This document shows positions 43,799 to 53,399 of a DNA stretch of 64,000 nucleotides, piece after piece; the first letter of the stretch is position 1; every line of letters begins with the position of its first letter. The translations under genes and the position numbers were made by a program. Below the pieces are notes generated by a model. The model worked only from the letters and a program-made list of their open reading frames with translations. It did no database searches and had not been told where the DNA came from. The DNA comes from Burkholderiales bacterium (lineage in GTDB: Bacteria > Pseudomonadota > Gammaproteobacteria > Burkholderiales > Burkholderiaceae_C), in assembly GCA_031418595.1 (NCBI GenBank), contig JANOXU010000267.1, positions 1,848 to 65,847 of the forward strand, read 5' to 3'.

Positions 43799-44147
43799 TG
43801 AAACACCCCCTACGCGCTTCGCGCGCCTTCCGGCAGGTAGGCTGGAAGGCCTTCGCAGGCGAGGGTCAGTCCGCAGGGACTGTTTCTCGTCCGGGCTCAG
43901 CCCCCTCATGGGGGCCGAGGCCCGCGGCTCCAAGCCGACCTGCGTCGGCTTGGACGGGCCGAGGAATGGCCGCGTCTCGCGGCCATGCGGCCTGCAAGGC
44001 ACGCCAGCGGCCCGGCAAAGCGCTTGCGCTTCAGCGAAGGCTAATATCGCGCCAGCGATGTGAGGCCGCAGCTAAAGCCGGTTCCGCGGCGTTCGCTTGG
44101 ATCGACCTGTTTCATACGACGCGAGTGCTGCTTCGTCGTCAATGAAA
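43798..44147. mobile_element. About 345-bp hairpin-rich element between livG and livF, flanked by ATGAAA direct repeats and carrying a 115-codon open frame (43798-44145)
   Basis: ATGAAA at 43798-43803 and 44142-44147. At least 8 stem-loops, e.g. TCCAAGCCGAC/GTCGGCTTGGA (43929-43954) and ATGGCCGCG/CGCGGCCAT (43966-43986). Confidence 0.65.
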
Positions 44148-44897
44148 GCTGACATGTCCGCCATCGCGATTGAGTTTGACGATGTGGTTGCCGGCTACGG
44201 CGACTTCATGATCCTGAATAACCTCAGCCTGAAGGCCAAGGCCGGCAAGATCACGCTGCTGCTTGGCCCCAACGGCGCGGGCAAGAGCACGGTGCTCAAG
44301 ACGCTGTTCGGCCTGCTCAAGGTGCGCCAGGGCCGCATCCGCCTGCATGGGCAAGACATCACCGGGGTGAGTTCGAGAGATTTGCTGGTCAAGCATGGCA
44401 TTGCCTTCGTGCCGCAGGGGCGCAACCTGTTCGGCCAGCTCAGCGTGTATGAAAACCTTGAACTCGGCGGCATCACCTTGGGCACCAAGCTCACGCGCGA
44501 ACGCATTCCTGAGGTGCTGACGCTGTTCCCCCGCGTGGCGCAGCGCCTGCACAGCGCGGCGTCGTCGCTGTCGGGCGGCGAGCAAAAGCAGTTGGAAGTG
44601 GGCCGCGCGTTGCTGCTGCGGCCCAAGGTGTTGTTGGTCGATGAACCCAGCATCGGCCTGAGCCCGCTGGTGGTGGCCGATGTCTTCAAGCTGCTGCGCA
44701 ACCTGGCCAGCCAGGGCACCACTGTTCTGATGGTCGAGCAAAACGTGAAGAGCGCGCTGAAGATGGCCGATGAAGCCATCGCGCTGGAGTCAGGCCAACT
44801 GGTGCTGCACAAGCCGGCCGATGAGTTGTTGAACGACCCCAACATCGAGCGCCTTTTCTTGGGCGGTGCACCTCCATCGGGCGAGGGGCTCACATGA
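44142..44897 (+). CDS. LivF-like ABC ATPase (start 44142 or 44154)
   Basis: LGPNGAGKST, FVPQGRNLF, LSGGEQKQL, LVDEPSIGLSP, VEQN. Confidence 0.93.
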   Translation: MKADMSAIAIEFDDVVAGYGDFMILNNLSLKAKAGKITLLLGPNGAGKSTVLKTLFGLLKVRQGRIRLHGQDITGVSSRDLLVKHGIAFVPQGRNLFGQLSVYENLELGGITLGTKLTRERIPEVLTLFPRVAQRLHSAASSLSGGEQKQLEVGRALLLRPKVLLVDEPSIGLSPLVVADVFKLLRNLASQGTTVLMVEQNVKSALKMADEAIALESGQLVLHKPADELLNDPNIERLFLGGAPPSGEGLT

Positions 44898-45943
44898 CCA
44901 GCCTCATGCCGATCATCGTGATCGGCGCCGGCGCCGTCGGGCGCATGCACATCGAGCGCGCGCTGCGCCACCCTGATGTGATGGTCGTCGGCGTGGCCGA
45001 CCCGGCGCCGGGCGCGCGCGAGTACGCACAAAGCCTGAATCTGCCGTGGGCGGCTGATGCAGCCGATCTCATCGGCGCGTTGAAGCCCAAGGCAGCCATC
45101 GTGGCCACGCCCAATTCAAGCCATGCTGAGATCGCCATCGCCTGCTTGCAAGCCGGCCTGGCCACGCTGGTTGAAAAGCCGATCACCGACTCGCTGGAAG
45201 ATGGCCTGAAGCTGCTGCATGCGGCCAAGGCCACCGGCTCAGGCCTGCTGGTGGGCCACCACCGGCGCCACAACCCGATTGCACAGACCGCGCGCCGCCT
45301 GGTGGGTGATGGCGTGCTCGGCCGCCCGGTGCTGGCCCATGTGCAGGCCACCTGGCTCAAGCCCGACAGCTACTTCAACGCGCCCTGGCGCCGCGCCAAG
45401 GGCGCCGGGCCGGTGCTGATCAACCTCATTCACGACATCGACCTGCTGCGCTTTTTGCTGGGCGATGTGGCCAGCGTGCAGGCCACCACCTCGCATGCCA
45501 TTCGAGGCCTTGAAGTTGAAGACACCGCCGCGGTATTGCTGCGCTTCACCAACGGCGCCCTGGCCACCCTGGCGGTGAGCGACGCTGCCGTGGCGCCGTG
45601 GAACTGGGACCTCGCCGCCGGCGAGGCCGCGCACTACCCGCGCCAAGACATTGATTCGCACCACCTCAGCGGCACCGAGGGCTCGCTCACCTTGCCGCGC
45701 CTGCAGGTGTGGCAGTACCGCGGCGCGCGTGGCTGGCATGAACCGTTAACCGAGTCGCGCACGGCGCCGCATCAAGCTGACCCGTATGTGGCGCAGCTCA
45801 GCCAGTTGCGCGCCGTGGCCGAAGGGCGCGAGGCGCCGCTGTGTTCGGGGCTCGATGGCCTGCGCACGCTGCAAGCCACGCTGGCCGTGCATGAAGCCGC
45901 GGCCAGCGGCACGGTGGTGACGCTGGCGCAGCTCGATGGCTGA
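44894..45943 (+). CDS. Gfo/Idh/MocA-family oxidoreductase
   Basis: VIGAGAVG, VATPN..H, LVEKP, VGHHRRHNP, INLIHDID. Confidence 0.92.
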   Translation: MTSLMPIIVIGAGAVGRMHIERALRHPDVMVVGVADPAPGAREYAQSLNLPWAADAADLIGALKPKAAIVATPNSSHAEIAIACLQAGLATLVEKPITDSLEDGLKLLHAAKATGSGLLVGHHRRHNPIAQTARRLVGDGVLGRPVLAHVQATWLKPDSYFNAPWRRAKGAGPVLINLIHDIDLLRFLLGDVASVQATTSHAIRGLEVEDTAAVLLRFTNGALATLAVSDAAVAPWNWDLAAGEAAHYPRQDIDSHHLSGTEGSLTLPRLQVWQYRGARGWHEPLTESRTAPHQADPYVAQLSQLRAVAEGREAPLCSGLDGLRTLQATLAVHEAAASGTVVTLAQLDG

Positions 45944-45979
45944 CCGATTGAGGTTGAAGTTTGATCGCGGAGTGAACCC

Positions 45980-46774
45980 ATGCCCGGTGTGATGGCCAGA
46001 ACCCTGGCCTTGATAGAGCGGCTGGCCGCTGATGTGCATGGCGTGCCCCTGGCCACCCTGGCCAGCGAGCTGAACATGCCGCGCAGCGCGGCGCACCGGC
46101 TGTTGCTGGAACTCACCGAGTTGGGCTACGTTCGCCAGGCGCGCAACCGGGGCGACTACATGCTCACCACCAAGCTGGTGTCGCTGGGTCTGTCGTACCT
46201 GAAGCTGTGCGGCATCGTTGACATTTGCCAGCCCATCCTCGACCGCCTGGCGGCCAGCAGCGGCGAACTCGCGCGCATCGGCGTGGTCGATGTCGAGCAC
46301 CTGACCTGGGTGGCGACGGCTCAGGGCGCCACCAGCGGCCTGCGCTACGACCCCGATGCCGGCGTGGATGCGCGGCTGTCATGCACCTCCAGCGGCCTGG
46401 CCTGGCTGTCCACGTTGGCCGATGACGACGCCCTGGCGCTGGTGGCGCGCGAAGGCCCGCCACGCAGCGGCCAGTTCGGCCCGCGCGCGCCGGGCAGCCC
46501 CACGGCCGTGCTCAAGCTGCTGCGCGCGGTGCGCAAACAAGGCTATGCCTACACCAATGAAACCTACCGCCCCGGCGTGGCCGCTGTGGCCGTGCCGGTG
46601 CTGGTGCCGGGCAAGGGCGCGGTGGGCGTGGTGGTGATCTCGGGGCCTTCAGTGCGGTTGCAGGAAGAGCGCGTGCAGGCACTGCTGCCAGAACTGTTCA
46701 ACGCCGCGGCCGAGCTGGCGCAGGCCAGCGGCGCGTCGCCCCTGTTCGACCGCGCCTACCAGCGTGCCGCCTGA
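45980..46774 (+). CDS. IclR-family transcriptional regulator
   Basis: N-terminal wHTH (LATLASELNMPRSAAHRLL); CTSSGLAWL; GVAAVAVPV. Confidence 0.92.
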   Translation: MPGVMARTLALIERLAADVHGVPLATLASELNMPRSAAHRLLLELTELGYVRQARNRGDYMLTTKLVSLGLSYLKLCGIVDICQPILDRLAASSGELARIGVVDVEHLTWVATAQGATSGLRYDPDAGVDARLSCTSSGLAWLSTLADDDALALVAREGPPRSGQFGPRAPGSPTAVLKLLRAVRKQGYAYTNETYRPGVAAVAVPVLVPGKGAVGVVVISGPSVRLQEERVQALLPELFNAAAELAQASGASPLFDRAYQRAA

Positions 46775-48503
46775 CGCCTTACCCGCGGCGTGTGATGTGT
46801 TGGTGGCCGGCTCGGGCGCTGCGGGCCTGAGCGCAGCGGTCAGCGCCGCGCACCTGGGCTTGAGCGTGGTGGTGGTGGAGAAAGCGGCGCAGTTCGGCGG
46901 CACCAGCGCCTGGAGCGGCGGCTGGATGTGGCTGCCGCGCAACCCGCTGGCGTGCGCTGCGGGCATTAACGAAACACTTGAGCCGGTGCGCGAATACTTG
47001 CGCAGCGTGATCGGGCCGGCGGCGGATTCAGCGGCCAATGCGGCGGCGCTGGAAGCCTACCTGGCCCATGCCCCAGCGGTGTGTGAGTTCCACTTGCAGC
47101 ACACCGCGCTGCGATTCATCGACGGCAACACCATCCCCGACTTCCACGGTGCCGCGCCCGGCGCGCGCACGGGCGGGCGTTCGCTCTGCGCGGCGCCGTT
47201 CGATGCCCGCGTGTTGGGGCCGCAGCTGCACCGGCTGCTGCCGCCACGCGACATCTTGTCGTTCCTGGGCATGGGCATTGCCGGTGGGGCGGACCTGCGC
47301 CACTTCCTGCGCGCCACGCGTCATGCCGGCTCGTTCGCCTACGTGCTGCGGCGGCTGGCGCGCCACGCCATCGACAGCGTTCGCCACGGCCGCGGCACGC
47401 AGCTCATGGGCGGCAGCGCGCTGGTGGCCGCACTGTTGAAGAGCGCGCTCGACAAGGGCGTTCAGCTCTTCGAACAACACGCACTGTGCGAGTTGCTGCG
47501 CGAAGGTGAGCGCGTGGTGGGCGTGCGCGTCAACACACCTGCTGGCCCGCGCACCGTGCACGCCCGCTGCGGCGTGGTGCTGGCCTGCGGCGGCTTTGCG
47601 CACGACACCGGGCGCAAGGCAGCGCTGTTTGCCCATGCGCCCACCGGGCTGGAACACCACTCGGCGGCGGTGCTCACGAACACGGGCGACGGCCAGCGCC
47701 TGGCGCAGCAGGCCGGCGCCGCTTTCGACGCCGCGCTGCAAGACGCGGCCGCCTGGGCGCCGGTGTCTTTGGTGCCACAACGCCACGGCCAGGCTGCGGC
47801 CTTCCCGCACTTGGTGGAGCGCGGCAAGCCGGGGTTGATGGCGGTGGATGCGCGCGGGCAGCGCTTTGTTAACGAATCAGGTGACTACCATGGCTTCATG
47901 CGCGCGCTGCTGGCGCGGCACAAGCCGGGCGAGCCGGTGGCCGCCTGGCTGCTGTGTGACCACCGCTTCATTCGCCGCTACGGCCTGGGCCACGTCAAAC
48001 CCTGGCCGCTGCCGTTGTGGCCGGCGCTGCGCTCGGGCTATCTGTTGCGTGCTGGCAGCCCGGCAGCGCTGGCCACCTTGTGCGGCATCAACGTGGCTGG
48101 CTTGCAGGCCACGCTGGCGCGCTTCAACGAACACGCCGTGCACGGCCTGGATCCCGAATTCGGCCGCGGCGCCCAGCCCTATGAACGCATGCAGGGCGAC
48201 GCCGAGCACCGCAGCCCCAACCCCTGCGTGGCGCCGATCGTGAACGCACCGTTCTATGCGGTGAAGGTCTTGCCCGGCAGCCTGGGCACCTTTGCCGGCA
48301 TCGCGGCCGACGAGCATGGCCGTGCGCTGGGTGCAAACGGCCAGGCCATCGCCGGCTTGTACGCCTTGGGCAACGACCGGGCCAGCATCATGCGCGGCCA
48401 TTACCCCTCGGGCGGCATCACGCTGGGCCCGGCGCTGGTCTTTGGCCACATCGTGGCGCACCATGCGGCTGGCCGCCCGCTGGCCATGCCGTCATCCGAG
48501 TGA
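46764..48503 (+). CDS. FAD-dependent oxidoreductase, 3-ketosteroid-delta1-dehydrogenase-like (FAD_binding_2)
   Basis: DVLVAGSGAAG, EK..FGGTSAWSGG, NTGDG, PGSLGTFAG, YPSGGITLGPAL. Confidence 0.85.
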   Translation: MPPDALPAACDVLVAGSGAAGLSAAVSAAHLGLSVVVVEKAAQFGGTSAWSGGWMWLPRNPLACAAGINETLEPVREYLRSVIGPAADSAANAAALEAYLAHAPAVCEFHLQHTALRFIDGNTIPDFHGAAPGARTGGRSLCAAPFDARVLGPQLHRLLPPRDILSFLGMGIAGGADLRHFLRATRHAGSFAYVLRRLARHAIDSVRHGRGTQLMGGSALVAALLKSALDKGVQLFEQHALCELLREGERVVGVRVNTPAGPRTVHARCGVVLACGGFAHDTGRKAALFAHAPTGLEHHSAAVLTNTGDGQRLAQQAGAAFDAALQDAAAWAPVSLVPQRHGQAAAFPHLVERGKPGLMAVDARGQRFVNESGDYHGFMRALLARHKPGEPVAAWLLCDHRFIRRYGLGHVKPWPLPLWPALRSGYLLRAGSPAALATLCGINVAGLQATLARFNEHAVHGLDPEFGRGAQPYERMQGDAEHRSPNPCVAPIVNAPFYAVKVLPGSLGTFAGIAADEHGRALGANGQAIAGLYALGNDRASIMRGHYPSGGITLGPALVFGHIVAHHAAGRPLAMPSSE

Positions 48504-48510
48504 AAGTGAC

Positions 48511-49320
48511 ATGAAACGTTTGTTTTCCCTGGCGCAGTTGATGGCCTTGCCCTTCACCCCGCCGCAAATGCTGCGCCTGGCCGCGCAAACCGGCTGCGCC
48601 GCGGCCGGCATCCGGCTGCTGCCGGCCGCGCCGGGCGGGGTGGCGCACAACCTGATGGCTGATGCGGCCATGCTGCGCGAAACCAAGGCCGTGCTGGCGG
48701 ACACCGGCGTGGGTGTGTTCGACCTGGAAGTGATCCGCTTGAACGAGCGGTTTGCGCTGCACGACTTCATGCCGTTCATGGACGTTGGCGCGCAAGTGGG
48801 TGCGGCACACATCTTGGTGGCGGGCGACGACCCCGACGAAGCCCGCTCCGTCGCAAACTTTGCCGCCCTGTGCACCGCCGCGGCGCGCTTCGGCCTGACC
48901 TGCGATCTCGAATTCATGCCCTGGACGCAGGTGCCCAACTTGCGCGCCGCCAAGCGCATCGTGGCCGCAGCGGCGCAGCCCAACGGCGGCGTGCTGGTCG
49001 ATGCGCTGCACTTCGCACGCTCAGACAGCCGGCTCGATGAGCTGGCCGACCTGCCGCGCGCCTGGTTGCACTACGCCCAAATGTGCGACGGCAAGGTGCC
49101 CGCGCCGGCCACGCACGAAGGCCTGATCTCCGACGCGCGGCGCGAACGGCTGCTGCCCGGTGAAGGCGGCATCGCGCTGCGCGAGCTGTTTGCGCACCTG
49201 CCGGCCGACTTGCCCATCAGCATTGAAGTGCCCAGCGAATCGCGCGCACCCTTGCTGGGTTACGGTGAATGGGCGCGGCGCGCCAAGGCGATGACGCTGC
49301 AGGTGCTGGGCGGCGACTGA
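48511..49320 (+). CDS. Sugar phosphate isomerase/epimerase-like TIM-barrel protein
   Basis: Start MKRLFSLAQL; LEFMPW, VLVDALH, QMCD, RLLPGEG, SIEVP metal-ligand pattern. Confidence 0.85.
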   Translation: MKRLFSLAQLMALPFTPPQMLRLAAQTGCAAAGIRLLPAAPGGVAHNLMADAAMLRETKAVLADTGVGVFDLEVIRLNERFALHDFMPFMDVGAQVGAAHILVAGDDPDEARSVANFAALCTAAARFGLTCDLEFMPWTQVPNLRAAKRIVAAAAQPNGGVLVDALHFARSDSRLDELADLPRAWLHYAQMCDGKVPAPATHEGLISDARRERLLPGEGGIALRELFAHLPADLPISIEVPSESRAPLLGYGEWARRAKAMTLQVLGGD

Positions 49321-49334
49321 AGCGCTGGCGCTGC

Positions 49335-49895
49335 CTACAGGGCGAACTGCAAGCCCAGGGTGATCAAGTCACCGCGGCCGCCGCCCACGTTTTGCAGCTC
49401 CAGCTTCAAGACCATGTTGGGTTGCGCTTGCCAGCGCAGGCCCACGCCCAGGCCCAATTCGGCGCCGCGTTTGGTCTGCGCCAGGCCCGGGCCCTTGGCT
49501 TCGGAATTGAGGTAGTGCAAGCCCACCTTGCCGAAGGCGGCCAGGCTGGGCGTGATCGCCCATTGCGGCGTGACGGAGGCGCCAAACGACCAGGCGCTGC
49601 GCTTGTAGATGTTGCCGAACTGGGCGTAGTTCTCGCTGCCCCAGGAAGCGAGCTGCGCTTCCCAGCGGTTCAACACCGGCGGCAGAAAACTGAAACTCAT
49701 GGGCCCACTGAGCTGGCCGACGATGGCGGTGCCGTAATCCGACGAGCCGGCGCCAATGGTGGCCAGCGTGCCGGTGGCGCGCAGCTGCGCGCTGGCGTGC
49801 GGCGCGGCCAGGGCCGCTGCCAGCGCAAAGGCCAGGCCCAGCGCAGCGCGCAGGCAGATTGAGCGAGGGTGGTGTGAGGGGGTGTGTTTGTTCAT
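49335..49895 (-). CDS. Outer-membrane beta-barrel protein (OmpA-like TM domain)
   Basis: Signal peptide (ALAAPHASA); amphipathic strands; FGKVGLHY, GLGVGLRW, LGLQF. Confidence 0.7.
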   Translation of the reverse strand: MNKHTPSHHPRSICLRAALGLAFALAAALAAPHASAQLRATGTLATIGAGSSDYGTAIVGQLSGPMSFSFLPPVLNRWEAQLASWGSENYAQFGNIYKRSAWSFGASVTPQWAITPSLAAFGKVGLHYLNSEAKGPGLAQTKRGAELGLGVGLRWQAQPNMVLKLELQNVGGGRGDLITLGLQFAL

Positions 49896-50175
49896 GATTC
49901 GCAGGGTGTCGGCCAGGCCGGGAGTGGCGAGACTAAGGGCGTGTTTTTGCGCCAGCCGGCATTCGACGTAACAAAAAGTTCAACAAAACTGGCACTTACC
50001 CGACCAGCGTTTGCGGGGTATTCACGCTTTGAGGCCATCACCTCGAAGCGTTTCCCCCTGAACCGCGGGGTTGAATGCTTTTGTAACATCCACACGAAGT
50101 TTTAAAGCGGGGCAGCGGCGATAGTGCGCCGCCCCACAACGCCAAACAGGCACGCAGCCACCGCGCAAGCCCAGC

Positions 50176-51972
50176 ATGCAACCCACCCTGGACACCCCGC
50201 CTGGTGCGACGACCGAGCTGCCGGTCAGCGGGCCGCGGCCTGCGCCAATAGCCGCATCGGCCGCATCGCCCGCATCGCCCACATCGGCCACCTTGGCCAC
50301 CCTATCCAGCGCCGCGGCCTTGGCGCTGGCCGCGTGCGGCGGCCACGTTGACACCCCCGGCCCAAATGGCAGCAGCACCGTGGGCGGCCTGGCCGGCGCC
50401 AACAGCGGCGGCGCAGCGGCCAGCGCTGCCCGCCCCAGCGAAGTTGACGCCGCGCGCTTCATGGCCCAGGCCACCTTCGGGGTGCGCAGCGAGCAAGAGG
50501 TGGCGGCGCTGGTCGAGCAAGGCTTGGAGCGCTGGCTGGCGGCGCAGATGAACGAGCGCGCCGAGCTGCACACCTCGTACATCGACTGGCAACGCCAGCG
50601 CAACGGGCCGCAGACCTACGTCACCGAAGACATGGCTTATGAAGCGATGTGGCGGCACTGGCTGCACGGCCAGGATCAACTGCGTTCACGGATCACGTTC
50701 GCGCTGAGCCAGATCTTCGTGGTTTCTAACGTGGCGAGCGATTTGCGCGCCTACGGCATGGCCTCGTACATGGACATGCTGCAAGCGCACGCATTCGGCA
50801 GTTACCGCGACTTGCTGCAAGCGGTGACCCTGCACCCCACCATGGGTTACTTTTTGAATATGCGCAGCAGTGAGCGCAGCAACGCCACCATCGGTGCGCG
50901 GCCGAATGAAAACTATGCGCGCGAGGTGCTGCAACTGCTGTCCATCGGCCTGATGGAGCTGAACAATGACGGCACGCCGCGGCGCGACGCCGGCGGGGCC
51001 ACCATGCCCACCTTCAACGAAGCCGTGGTGAAGGGTTTTGCCCAGGCCTTCACCGGTTGGGGCTTTGCGCTGTCGGCCAACTTCCGTTCGCCTGATGAAG
51101 GGCTCGATGCGAACTGGAAGACGCCCATGGTGCCGTTCGAATCCTTCCACGAGCCCGGCCCCAAGCTGCTGCTGGGCGGCGCCACCATTCCCGGCGGCAC
51201 GGCGGCGCAAGACCTGGCCGCTGCGCTGGACAACATTGCCGCGCACCCCAACGTGGGCCCGTTCATCGGCCGCCAGCACATCCAGCGGCTGGTCACCAGC
51301 AACCCCAGCCCGGCCTACATCGACCGCGTGGCCACGGTGTTCAACGACAACGGCGCCAGCGTGCGCGGCGACCTGGCCGCCGTGGTGCGGGCCGTGCTGC
51401 TCGACGCCGAGGCGCGCGACCCCAGCCTGGGCGCGGCAGGGCGCTTTGGCAAGCAGCGCGAACCGGTGCTGCGCCTGGCCAACTTGCTGCGCGCCATGAA
51501 CGTGAGCAACAAGACCGGCCGCAACGCCGTGCATGCGCTGGACAGCGGCGACGACGCCCTGGGCCAAAGCCCGCTGCTGGCGCCTTCGGTGTTCAATTTC
51601 TTCTCGCCCAACTTCCGCCCCGCCGGCCCCTTGGCCGCGGCGGGCCTGGTGGCGCCGGAGTTTCAGATCACCACCGAAACCGCGGTCGTGGGCAGCCTGA
51701 ATTTCCTGCGCCGCGTCATTCAGGAAGGCGGCCATGGCTGGGCCGCTGGCCGGCTTGATTTCGACTGGGCGCCCTGGGTGGCCGTGGCCGCCGACACCGC
51801 GGCGCTGCTGGCGCGGCTGGACCTGTTCTTCTTTCACGGCCAGATGAGCGCGGGCACGCGCAGCCGCATGGCCGCGCTGGTTGACAGCATCAACCCGGCG
51901 CAAACGCAAGAGCGGGTGAAGGCCGCGCTGACGCTCACCATGGTCAGCCCCGACCATGTGATCCAGACATGA
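50176..51972 (+). CDS. DUF1800-family protein, probable lipoprotein (start uncertain)
   Basis: LALAACGG lipobox; AARFMAQATFG, DQLRSRITFALSQIFVVS, HPTMGYFL, PNENYAREVLQL, HPNVGPFIG, PSVFNFF. Confidence 0.88.
   Translation: MQPTLDTPPGATTELPVSGPRPAPIAASAASPASPTSATLATLSSAAALALAACGGHVDTPGPNGSSTVGGLAGANSGGAAASAARPSEVDAARFMAQATFGVRSEQEVAALVEQGLERWLAAQMNERAELHTSYIDWQRQRNGPQTYVTEDMAYEAMWRHWLHGQDQLRSRITFALSQIFVVSNVASDLRAYGMASYMDMLQAHAFGSYRDLLQAVTLHPTMGYFLNMRSSERSNATIGARPNENYAREVLQLLSIGLMELNNDGTPRRDAGGATMPTFNEAVVKGFAQAFTGWGFALSANFRSPDEGLDANWKTPMVPFESFHEPGPKLLLGGATIPGGTAAQDLAAALDNIAAHPNVGPFIGRQHIQRLVTSNPSPAYIDRVATVFNDNGASVRGDLAAVVRAVLLDAEARDPSLGAAGRFGKQREPVLRLANLLRAMNVSNKTGRNAVHALDSGDDALGQSPLLAPSVFNFFSPNFRPAGPLAAAGLVAPEFQITTETAVVGSLNFLRRVIQEGGHGWAAGRLDFDWAPWVAVAADTAALLARLDLFFFHGQMSAGTRSRMAALVDSINPAQTQERVKAALTLTMVSPDHVIQT
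50251..50286 (+). repeat. In-frame 9-bp tandem repeat x4 (consensus (G/C)CCGCATCG; last unit CCCACATCG) encoding AAS-AAS-PAS-PTS
   Basis: GCCGCATCG GCCGCATCG CCCGCATCG CCCACATCG. Confidence 0.8.
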
Positions 51973-51991
51973 AACGCATCGCCATCTGCCC

Positions 51992-53374
51992 ATGACCACA
52001 CGCTTCACCGATTGCCCCAGCGCCTATCCGCCAGGTACACACAACCCCGCCCGCCGCGGCCTGCTCAAGGGGCTGGCCGCCAGTGCCGCGGCGCCCTGGG
52101 TGCTGCCGCTGCAGGCCCTGGCGCAAACCAGCACGGCCAGCGACTACAAGGCCCTGGTCTGCGTCTTCCTTTTCGGCGGCAATGACGGCAACAACATGGT
52201 CGTGCCGATCGACACGACCGAGTTCAACCAGTATCAAAGCGCCCGCGCGCGCCTTGCCCTGGGGCGCGAAACTCTGTTGCCCATCACCCCCAGCAACGGC
52301 GCCGGCCGGCGCTTCGGCATCCACCCCGCCATGCCCGGCCTGGCGCAGTTGTTCAGCAGCGGCAAGGCGGCCATTGCCGCCAACGTGGGCCCGCTGCTGG
52401 TGCCCACCACCCGCGCGCAATACCAGGCGCGCTCGGTGCCGCTGCCCGCGGCCCTGTTTTCACACAGCGACCAGCAAGCCGCCTGGCAAACCGGCTTGGC
52501 AGATGGCAGCGGGCGCAACGGCTGGGGCGGGCGGGTGATGGAGCGCGTGCTGGCGCAGGGCGCGCGCAACCGCGGCTTTGCGGCGCTGTCGGTCACCGGC
52601 GGCAACATCTGGCAAGTGGGCGACCAGTCGCTCACGCCCTACAAGCTGGGCAGCTCGGGCAACCTGGGGCTGGAATTCTTCAGCCCGCAAGGTACCGACC
52701 CGCTGGCCCAGGCCGTGCGTGCCACGCTGGCTGAAGGCCGCGGCCACCTGATGCAGCAGGCCTGGCTCGATGTGATGCAGCGCAGCGTGGATGTGCAGGC
52801 CGTGCTGTCGCAGGCGCTGGGGTCATCGACCCTGAACACCGCCTTCCCCGACACCGGCCTGGGCCGACAGTTGCGCCTGGCCGCACGCTTGATCAGCGTG
52901 CGCGCGGCGCTGGGCTTGCCGCGGCAAATTTACTTCGCCAGCCTGGGCGGCTTCGACACGCATGGCGATGAGCAGCTCGCGCGCCAGGCTGATTTGCTGG
53001 GCGAGCTGAGCAACGCCGCCACCGCGTTCTACAACGCCACGGTGGAGCTGGGCGTGGCCAACCAGGTGACGCTGTTCACCGCCTCAGACTTTGGCCGCAC
53101 CCTGGCCAGCAACGGCCAGGGCAGCGACCACGGCTGGGGCAACCACCAGTGGGTGTTGGGCGGCGGCGTGGCGGGCGGGCGCATCGCCGGCACCTTTCCT
53201 AACCTGGCACTGAATGGGCCGGATGACACCGACACCGGCCGCTGGATACCGAGTACCGCCACCGACCAGCTCGGCGCCAGCCTGGGCCGCTGGATGGGCG
53301 CCAGCGATGCGCAACTGGCCACGGTGTTCCCGCGGCTGGCGCAGTTCAACGGCGTGTTGCCGCTGATGGCTTGA
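51992..53374 (+). CDS. DUF1501-family protein with Tat signal
   Basis: ARRGLLKG; DYKALVCVFLFGGNDG, LFSHSDQQ, GGFDTH, TASDFGRT, SDHGWG. Confidence 0.9.
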   Translation: MTTRFTDCPSAYPPGTHNPARRGLLKGLAASAAAPWVLPLQALAQTSTASDYKALVCVFLFGGNDGNNMVVPIDTTEFNQYQSARARLALGRETLLPITPSNGAGRRFGIHPAMPGLAQLFSSGKAAIAANVGPLLVPTTRAQYQARSVPLPAALFSHSDQQAAWQTGLADGSGRNGWGGRVMERVLAQGARNRGFAALSVTGGNIWQVGDQSLTPYKLGSSGNLGLEFFSPQGTDPLAQAVRATLAEGRGHLMQQAWLDVMQRSVDVQAVLSQALGSSTLNTAFPDTGLGRQLRLAARLISVRAALGLPRQIYFASLGGFDTHGDEQLARQADLLGELSNAATAFYNATVELGVANQVTLFTASDFGRTLASNGQGSDHGWGNHQWVLGGGVAGGRIAGTFPNLALNGPDDTDTGRWIPSTATDQLGASLGRWMGASDAQLATVFPRLAQFNGVLPLMA

Positions 53375-53399
53375 GCCGTGCCGGCTTGTCCAGACAAGC

